This document shows, piece by piece, positions 55,901 through 64,000 of a stretch of DNA of 64,000 nt; positions within the stretch are counted from its first letter, which is position 1, and each line of letters opens with the position of its first letter. The notes beneath the pieces are model-generated. The model was not told the origin of the DNA. It saw nothing but the letters and a program-made list of their open reading frames with translations, and did no database searches. Location of the stretch: the NCBI GenBank assembly GCA_030141605.1, contig JAQGDQ010000027.1:957554-1021553 (forward strand), given 5' to 3'. Origin of the DNA: Tubiluchus corallicola. Its lineage: Eukaryota > Animalia > Priapulida. The position numbers and the translations under genes were made by a program.

Positions 55901-58900
55901 TATCCAATTGAAATATAAAAAATTGTCCAGAAAAAAATCAATAACACTTATATGTATGCACCACACTTATATGTACACATACATGCATGCACATTCCCAC
56001 ACGCAAGTGTGAACACAGCCAATTCGAACATTTTATTTTAAATATATCACCTTGGAACCCTTGTGAAACCATCGTAGTACTAAAATCTGTTCCATATTAA
56101 TCTCTACTGTTCCAAGCAAAGTCCAGCTATTTAGCAAAAAATCCTGCAAAAATTTAATAAAAAATAAATGCAATACCATGATTTCAGATATTGTATAAAA
56201 CATTTCAAAGAAAGTTTTAAAATTCTTAATAGCAAGAGCAATGTCTGTTTTACAAATAACCCGCTACTTACTAAATTCTACATTTTTTGTTAAGAAAATC
56301 AATTTTTCCACTGCACACTAATCGTCATCTTCAGGTTTTGTGGTGTTTGGTGATATGGAATAAATGCTAGTTGTATATTCATATATGTTATTTCTCAATA
56401 TTTAGCATTTGATTTCTCCAGCAATGTTAGAACCACAGAGGAAACAATCTACTAATATCATTTATTGACCAATGATTTTGCTGCTTAGATAGTACAAAAT
56501 CACTCGTATAAATGCAAGAAAACGATGCTAAATTAGAAAATCTGAAAAATTTCGCACCTTTACTGGGACTTGAACACAAGATCTTCTGCATTCCTGGCAG
56601 CCATGTTAATCCAGAAAGCTTTATTGTTAATATCGATAAACATTACAATCACCAAATAACTGTAATGATATTACCTTCATGCCCCAACATTGACATTTCC
56701 CAGTCACATCAGCAAGTAGCAAGCGAGAACCAGAGGCATCCCATTCCAAAACAGTAATATATTCATCATTTCCAAGAATTCTATATTGAGAACAAATATA
56801 ACACATACCATATTGGTTAGTATTATTAGCTATTGATTTATAATGTGAGTGCACTTGTTACTGTACCATCTTATTTTGTACGTCAGTACACTTTGTTTGC
56901 GTTCGTGCAGCATTCTGTCTGCTGCTTCATAATTTCAACAATTAAACTGTATTAGAGATTCAATTAAGTACAGTTTTTTATGTTCACAGTTCACATGCCC
57001 TTCATCAGAATAAAAGTTACTCTAATAAACTGACTAACCCAAAGCATTAAAGTCAACAGATCCAAATGTAGACCATGCAGCAGTACCACATAAGAGTGAC
57101 ACAGGGACTGGTTATAGAGTAACGACAGGTAACACAACATTCGCAAATGGTAATTAAAATCATTGATCATTTCTTTAATCTGATTACCTGTTGCCTAATA
57201 GGGTAACTTACATGAACAGATTTCGTTTAAATGCTTTATTAACATGGGAAAACAAGTTGTACTTAATAAGAATAAATATATACTAAAAGTTTGTAGCACA
57301 GTAAGTCCTCGCTTAACGACTTCCCATTTAGCAATGTTTCATTTTAACGATGCTGGATATTTTAGACCTTTTTTCACTTAATGACGCACTGTTTCGTTTT
57401 AATGACAATTTTTTTTTGCTTTACAAAAGGCCAATTTTTATTCTATTTACAACATTTTTACTTAATTTGATGCCTTAAAACAGTACATATTGCATTAACA
57501 GCTTAGTTAAAAAAAACAAAGTATAAGCTGAAATACATAAAACCAGAAGCTGAATTAGACTGCACATACCTCAGGGCTTTCCATGGTTGGTCAAGATCAA
57601 CCACATAGACATGGCCTCCACCCCATTCCGGCAATTCTCGAAAAGAAACCTTCGTATTTAGCAAAATGCTACTGGTAAATGCTACTACATTTCTAGTTGA
57701 AATAGAGCACAAAGGTTTTCCATATTGCGGCCACCTGAAATATTCACAAATACAATGTAAATTAGTGAAGGAATGATTAATCGAAATTGGAATCAAGAAC
57801 GGAACAGAGCATATTGCAGTAATTGGAATCTAGAGAAGTTTGTCACAATTTCAGATTTCTTTACATAACGAAATTAATTTCTATTTTAGGTAAAAAAAAT
57901 TTCATTAAATTAAATAATTTCATTTAAATTTTTAAAACTGTTAACCACATTAACAATCAAAGTATTAATACAATTCAGAAGCCATATTTGTTCAAAATCT
58001 GATGACATAAACAAAGTGCACAAAAAAAAGGTTTGATGTAAGAGCAAAATAGCTGTGCTATTTGAAACAGCAACAAGAAACATCATGTACGAATAGCTTT
58101 CGGCTACATGTCACTTATGCTACTTCAGACTTTCTAAGTTTACAATTTAAAGTTTTCAATAAAGTCATTTGCGAAAGATTGTGTTGCAGCTAGAAAGCAC
58201 ATGGCATTTTAAATGCCCTTTACAAATGGATACAGGTGTTGCTTAGCAACAGGACACAAGCTACATGTTCACGGTTGCCACTCAATACCTGCACCAGTGC
58301 TCCCAGGAGTTCCATAAGAATTTGTAAATATTGAAACCCGTACAGTTCCTAATTTATGTCAATGATATTAACCTTTAACTGCACTAATTAAATAATTATT
58401 TTTCGTCTTCTGCAGTCACTAAAATTTATAACATATAAAAATTAAAACTGGAATATTCTGAGTACACGCCTCGATGTCAAAACGGAGTCTTAACGAGGAA
58501 ACACTTCTTTTCTCAAAAGCGTGATAAATTGTTGGAACATTCTACCAGTTGATGTGGTCAACAGCGGCACAGTCGACCAATTCAAACACAGACAAAACAG
58601 TCAAAGCGGCGTGGTGTTATTTAGACGCGGGTCAATTTCAAGGCTCTCCCTTTACTACAAATATTTCAGTCACATTCGAGGTATGATTGGAGGCAGCTCA
58701 CGCCTTTTGTCAATATCGATTCACGCAGAGCACAATAAATAACCAATTCAATTGATTATTTGATGTTCGTACACTTTCTTAATTTACAGAATTACCCAGC
58801 TGCCTTCTTCTTCACTGAATTAAACGTCCAGGGACATGATTCTGCTCACCTCTCTATGCCAGGACTCCCTACACCGCCGCCGGACCGAGTCTTGAGCAAT

Positions 58901-58920
58901 GCATTATGGCAAATCTTCAT
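40983..58920 (-). CDS. MED16: Mediator of RNA polymerase II transcription subunit 16; 20 coding exons, ~835 aa
   Basis: Exons 5'->3': 58920-58850 (start exon tentative), 57734-57570, 56780-56675, 56143-56051, 55335-55201, 54522-54417, 54309-54226, 53869-53789, 52886-52714, 52077-51932, 50307-50114, 48773-48666, 47906-47795, 46089-45950, 45242-45037, 44935-44821, 44219-44133, 42858-42793, 42517-42325, 41109-40983. Phases consistent, 2508 nt. Motifs [86 protein letters not shown]. Confidence 0.93.
42024..42144. repeat. 60-bp unit x2 built from ACAGCTAAAAG(C/G) subunits, MED16 last intron
   Basis: AAACAGCTAAAAGCAAGAAAAAA(A/G)ACAGCTAAAGGTAAGAAAGC repeated at 60-bp spacing. Confidence 0.75.
45680..45872. 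repeat. (GAT/GAC)n low-complexity trinucleotide tract in MED16 intron
   Basis: GATGATGAT/GACGAC/GGTGAT mosaics. Confidence 0.85.
52544..52631. repeat. 41-bp tandem duplication
   Basis: TTACAAGTGCAGAAGTACATAAGCACG(C/T)(A/G)TACAGTACACAG x2. Confidence 0.8.
58490..58755 (+). mobile_element. 3' fragment of CR1/L2-type LINE in MED16 intron
   Basis: Translates RKHFFSQ/(frameshift)[24 protein letters not shown], the typical CR1-clade ORF2 C-terminus, then a short UTR and AATAAA plus simple-repeat tail. Confidence 0.7.
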
Positions 58921-61049
58921 TGTTTTGCTAGACTCAGTCTGTGACAGCGACACCACTTTGGCCACAAGCGATAGTTGCACTTCTAGACAATAATAATTAT
59001 TGCTGTAACAGTAAAACATAGGCTGCTTTTGTTTGGATTTAACATGAAAGACAAGTTTAAAATAATTATTAGACTATAAAAGGAAAGGCAATGTTTTTTA
59101 TTTGTTTACAATACATACATACAATAAAAAGCCATACACGCACATACTTTTATTCGTTCTCAATCTATATAGCAATTTGAAAACGGAGTGCTCCACATTA
59201 AACGTTGATACTTGCCTACAGGCTCGATACTCAAGCAGTCATTTCTAACATTTTCAAGTATCATTTTTAACATTTTCAAGCGCCCTGTGACAGGGCAGTC
59301 ACAATTAACTGGGTTAATTTTTTGCATAGATTTAGAGACTGGAGTTCTTTCAATCATGAGGGAAATTAATTTCTATTCCTATAAAGTAATAATAGGGCTA
59401 TTACCATTCTTCGTGCTTGTGAAAAATATAAAAAAATCATCCCATATTGTGATTAAATTGGAAATTCCTAAGTTGAGCAATATGTGTTTCAATATGAGCT
59501 TGAGCAAAACAACACTTTACTGATTGATAAAATTTAATGACATTATGTCAGCACTAAACGTAAATTGAGTTACCTCGAATCCGAAGATTAAGGTAAACTC
59601 AAAATCTTCAATTATTGCCAAGCCTTTTGAAACCAAAAACCGAAATAAACATCAATGTTGGCGTGAGCTTTTACATACCGTAAGTTACAGGCTCTATGGA
59701 ACAAATGTGTCCTGCTGTATCTTGCCACCGAAATTTGTTAAGTACTTAAATGGACAATCATAATTTTATTCAGAACATTGCATCTTTACATCGATAAAAT
59801 TACGAGCTTTTCACTGCTGATACACTTAAAGATTGTGAAAAATGGTGCAAAACCCAAGATCTTTGCACACGTAAGAAATTTATTTACATTAAAAGCTGAT
59901 ATGTAGGTACGTAGGTACATTATGAAAGATTAAAATACATTATACTTATGTATACATTTTGAGAGAGATGTAAATAAAAATAAATAAATAAATAAATAAG
60001 TAAAATAAAAAATAAATAACATTATCAATGATTAAATGCCGTTAAATATACCATGCGTCATTAAATGGTTATAATTAAATTCGATTATTTATGAATTTCA
60101 ATGCAAATGACTACACTAAATATAAGATTAATAATTCTATTAACAACAATAGTAAAGACTTAATTTTTATGGTATCCAGCATTCATGAGTACTTGCTTAC
60201 TTGTTTTATTGAAAATCTGTAAACCATAATCTATTGTGATTTTATGATGGCCTATGATGGCTAATGTTCCCTTTTCATTATGTAATGTCCTACAATAAGC
60301 AAAGTTTTAACTAACTATAAGTGCCAGTATCAGTGAGTCTGTAGTAATTACTAATTATTGTCAGAAGTTAACGATATTATACTTATCTATGATTACTATT
60401 GCCTAGTAAAAAATCTTCAACGCTAGGTGACGCGACCTCCAATGCATTACAATATGTCTGTTTTACTGTGAATATTCATCGTTCAGTGCTTTGTTGAATT
60501 TTTCATGCACGGCAATCGGCCTACACTGGACATTGGAAATCCATAATATAGGGTGCATAACTTTTAGTTCTTCCCCATCCTTTCAGTAATCAGTTTAACA
60601 TCATATTTCAGATATACTATTCATCATCATCATGTTTTACGCAGTTTTTTTCCTGTAAAAACTGACTAGTAATACTAATAGTAAACTAATAAAGATACTA
60701 TAAGTTGTCTAAGTAAAGTTATATATTTTGCCTATTTGCCACAAACAGGTCACTATAGTGAATTTTTACAGTATATTTTACTACAGTATAGTATTGAATT
60801 TGACATTACAGACAGTATATACTTTAGTATATGTTCTTACTATAGTGAATGTTCCCATTGCTAGCCTTAAAGCATAAGGCTTTACTTGATTCACGTGATT
60901 TTGAAAGTGTCACGTTTCGAGTTGGCATTTATCAAGTCTTTGGTTGTGTTGGTGAAATCGTCGGTACCATTTGTTATCAAATCGTTTACTTGGTATCTCA
61001 TTGATTAACTCCAGTGAAGTGCTGCAGATTTCAATTCTATTCTTTCTGA

Positions 61050-61622
61050 TTACTTTTATGTTGCCAAGGTGTTGAAACAGATAAGCACATGATTGCAGCA
61101 GACTAAGTAAAGAGCAATGTGCAAAGTATGTAAGGAGCTGTTAGCATGGTGCACACTGCCTGGATTACAACATTATTGTGTTTTAAAAGACACTTTTGTA
61201 AACTCTAACTTTACTTTTATAGTGCTTTATTAGTCCTGCTCTATACTTTTCTTAAGAGATAATGAACTTATGAAAAGTGTAATGAGCGATTATAGATTGC
61301 ATTGTTTTGTTTGGTATAATATGAATTGCGGGACTCCCGATAGAAAGCAGAAATTTCGCAACATTAATCTAATCAGTTGCAACTGGTAATGCTGCTAAAA
61401 TAGACCAATTAAAGGGAGCAATGCAAACAGGTAGACCCTATGACTGCAAAGATTTTTCTCATGCAAGTTCTGCTTTTTATCTGTGTGTGTGTGTGTGTGC
61501 GTGCGTGCGTGCATGCATGCGTTGGTGTGTGTGTGTGTGTGTGTGTGCACGTGTGTGTGTGTGTGTGTGCATGTGCGTGTGTGTGTGTGTGCACGTGTGT
61601 GTGTGTGTGTGCATGTGCGTGC
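61050..61622. repeat. Left arm of 573-bp inverted duplication (partner 63424-63996)
   Basis: Reverse complement of 63424-63996. Coordinates sum to 125046 at both ends and at an internal checkpoint (61321/63725). ORF-track translations from both arms are identical over the shared parts. Confidence 0.95.
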
Positions 61623-62440
61623 TATGTTTCAATGTGTGCTATACTAACTTATACATATTATGCAAACAACTTGAAAGAGTGATATTCTCTGAAGACTGGG
61701 TAAGTGACACATCATAAATATTAAATAATGATTAATATGATTTGATATTGTTAATATAAGTGTCTCGTTTATGAAACGAATAAATTGGAAAATTCAATGT
61801 GTCATAAAAAAGATGACACATTTGTAATGTACACTTGGCCAAATGCCATGAAAATTTTTTGACGATATCGCACTGAACAATTATCTTAAAATAACATGGA
61901 TCTGTGAATAAATAAATGACTATGAATCTAAAAAGTAAGATGAGTTCATATGAAAAATACAGATATGAAATTTACTATATACATAAATGTGCAGAAATGA
62001 GAAAAATGTTCTGCCACAATAGTATGCTGTAAAGCTAGCTTTTGGCCTCTCATACGTGAATAAATGAGGTGAGAAAAATGATAAAACATACGAGTCAATC
62101 TTTTTAGAAGCTAATTTACTATCCTTGTGTAATTTTCAGCTAATGCGGCATTTTGTAGACACTGTAGACAAACCAGTACTTTGAACATTATATAATATAC
62201 AGTCTACACATGCATTTCCATAAAAAGTAACTACGTTTAACAATGAATTTAATCTGTGCATTCCAAGGCATTCATAAGATTGTTCATTACAAGTTGTCTA
62301 ACCTGCCAATTCTGTGTTGTGATAATCACGCGGAAAACTGACATATTTTATTCTGTTTTAAAACAGTAGTAATTTTAACTGGTAATAAAGGTTATCAGAC
62401 CTGAAACCTTTTTTTAAACGTCATAGGAATTAGCAGATAC

Positions 62441-62612
62441 CTTTATTTTCCCCTGAAGTCCTGTCCTTCACTAACCAAACGTCTTCTATCGTGCCATAAG
62501 GTTCTAATGCTGCACGAAACTCGTCTTCAGTGTTTTGCTTCGAACAGACAATAAAAAGTCTACTGTTTGGAGGGTAGTCCTCATCATGAGGACCTCTGCG
62601 ATCACGACTCAT
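62441..62612 (-). CDS. RBM45: First coding exon of RNA-binding protein 45 (N-terminal part of RRM1); downstream exons not found in window
   Basis: MSRDRRGPHDEDYPPNSRLFIVCSKQNTEDEFRAALEPYGTIEDVWLVKDRTSGENKG followed by donor G|gtatct (phase 1). PPNSRLF..S/N-K and IED.W.VKD....ENKG are characteristic of RBM45/CG1316 RRM1. Confidence 0.85.
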
Positions 62613-63423
62613 GTTCCTAAGGTAACATCAAAGTAGCAAACTAATTTAATTGTTAAAGTCTACAATATTACAAAAATGATTTTCTCTGGTTTTCCCTTAA
62701 TACAAATATTTGAATAAATTTCTAGCCAGTCAAACACGAGCAACTTGAACCTCAGAGACTTCTGTACTATAGCTGAACTTCTTATCTGCTAGATTAGTAA
62801 CACATTATAAGTCTTTTTATTAAACAATAAATACATTGCTTCCCCTCTATTTGCAGGGGTAGTAGCACAGTCCAGTACCGGCACGTAGAGCCAAGTCAGT
62901 GTTTTTTGTATTACTAACGACTGGATGAGAAAACCTGTGGCTTTTTAAAACATTGGCCTACACAGCATATATACGGTTTTATTACTGGAATGGACTGTAA
63001 TAGACTTAATATTTATATTTTAGAAATAGAATCTCAACGTTGTACACTTCCAGAGTATTTGTCTAACCTTTGTCTCAAAACCAGCTTTAACTTCTGCAGC
63101 TGTATATCTAATATGTATGTGGCTTATAATTTACAAACAGACAAATTATTTGCACCTTTTAATATATGTAACACCATGCATATTCTTAATTATCTTAAAT
63201 ATTAATGTAAAGAAAACAATACAAAAGCAATAGAGCATTTATTTAGTATCACTTCACATCATATTACGTATACATAATTTTCATTTTGTTTTTTCCAAAG
63301 CTTCATAGCAGCCAGAAGAATTAAAATCAAGCAAGTTAGGTCTGTTTGCAGGCTTGTCATTCTGAAATAAACACTACAGCGTAATTCATGTATGGCCACA
63401 ATACAGCACACAATAACACACAC

Positions 63424-63996
63424 GCACGCACATGCACACACACACACACACGTGCACACACACACACACGCACATGCACACACACACACACACACGTGCA
63501 CACACACACACACACACACACCAACGCATGCATGCACGCACGCACGCACACACACACACACACAGATAAAAAGCAGAACTTGCATGAGAAAAATCTTTGC
63601 AGTCATAGGGTCTACCTGTTTGCATTGCTCCCTTTAATTGGTCTATTTTAGCAGCATTACCAGTTGCAACTGATTAGATTAATGTTGCGAAATTTCTGCT
63701 TTCTATCGGGAGTCCCGCAATTCATATTATACCAAACAAAACAATGCAATCTATAATCGCTCATTACACTTTTCATAAGTTCATTATCTCTTAAGAAAAG
63801 TATAGAGCAGGACTAATAAAGCACTATAAAAGTAAAGTTAGAGTTTACAAAAGTGTCTTTTAAAACACAATAATGTTGTAATCCAGGCAGTGTGCACCAT
63901 GCTAACAGCTCCTTACATACTTTGCACATTGCTCTTTACTTAGTCTGCTGCAATCATGTGCTTATCTGTTTCAACACCTTGGCAACATAAAAGTAA
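63424..63996. repeat. Right arm of 573-bp inverted duplication (partner 61050-61622)
   Basis: See left arm; includes the same compound (CA)n/(GCAC)n microsatellite. Confidence 0.95.
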
Positions 63997-64000
63997 GGCC

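Noticed and set aside
11523-62612. Functional cluster linking BI-1, G-alpha-f, DOMON, MED16 and RBM45
   Set aside because: Unrelated pathways and mixed strands; nothing in the sequence supports co-regulation beyond ordinary eukaryotic gene adjacency.
61409-63651. CV/HT-rich ORFs in both inverted arms
   Set aside because: Translations of (GT)n/(CA)n microsatellites.

Overview
AT-rich, intron-rich eukaryotic genomic DNA from an invertebrate, probably an arthropod judging from the G-alpha-f gene. It is not prokaryotic, and no CRISPR or rRNA is visible. By hand I assembled, with consistent splice phases: an intronless Bax inhibitor-1/TMBIM6 gene (-, 11523-12236); a 10-exon Gs-class G-alpha with the G-alpha-f signature (+, 15193-26266, 369 aa); an intronless, disabled S1A serine protease pseudogene (-, ~29291-30055); a secreted, GPI-type single-DOMON gene (+, 33575-39578) whose middle exon looks damaged; a 20-exon MED16 (-, 40983-58920, ~835 aa); and an orphan first coding exon of RBM45 (-, 62441-62612). 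The most striking structure is a pair of apparently identical 573-bp inverted arms (61050-61622 and 63424-63996) bracketing that RBM45 exon. Their junction pattern fits a staggered-break inversion, or a mis-oriented assembly segment, that flipped the 5' end of RBM45 away from the rest of its gene. The rest of the window holds MITE-like elements, tRNA-derived SINE heads, LINE remnants, mini/microsatellites and one pre-miRNA-like hairpin. I found no convincing new multi-gene system. All family assignments come from recalled motifs, not database searches.
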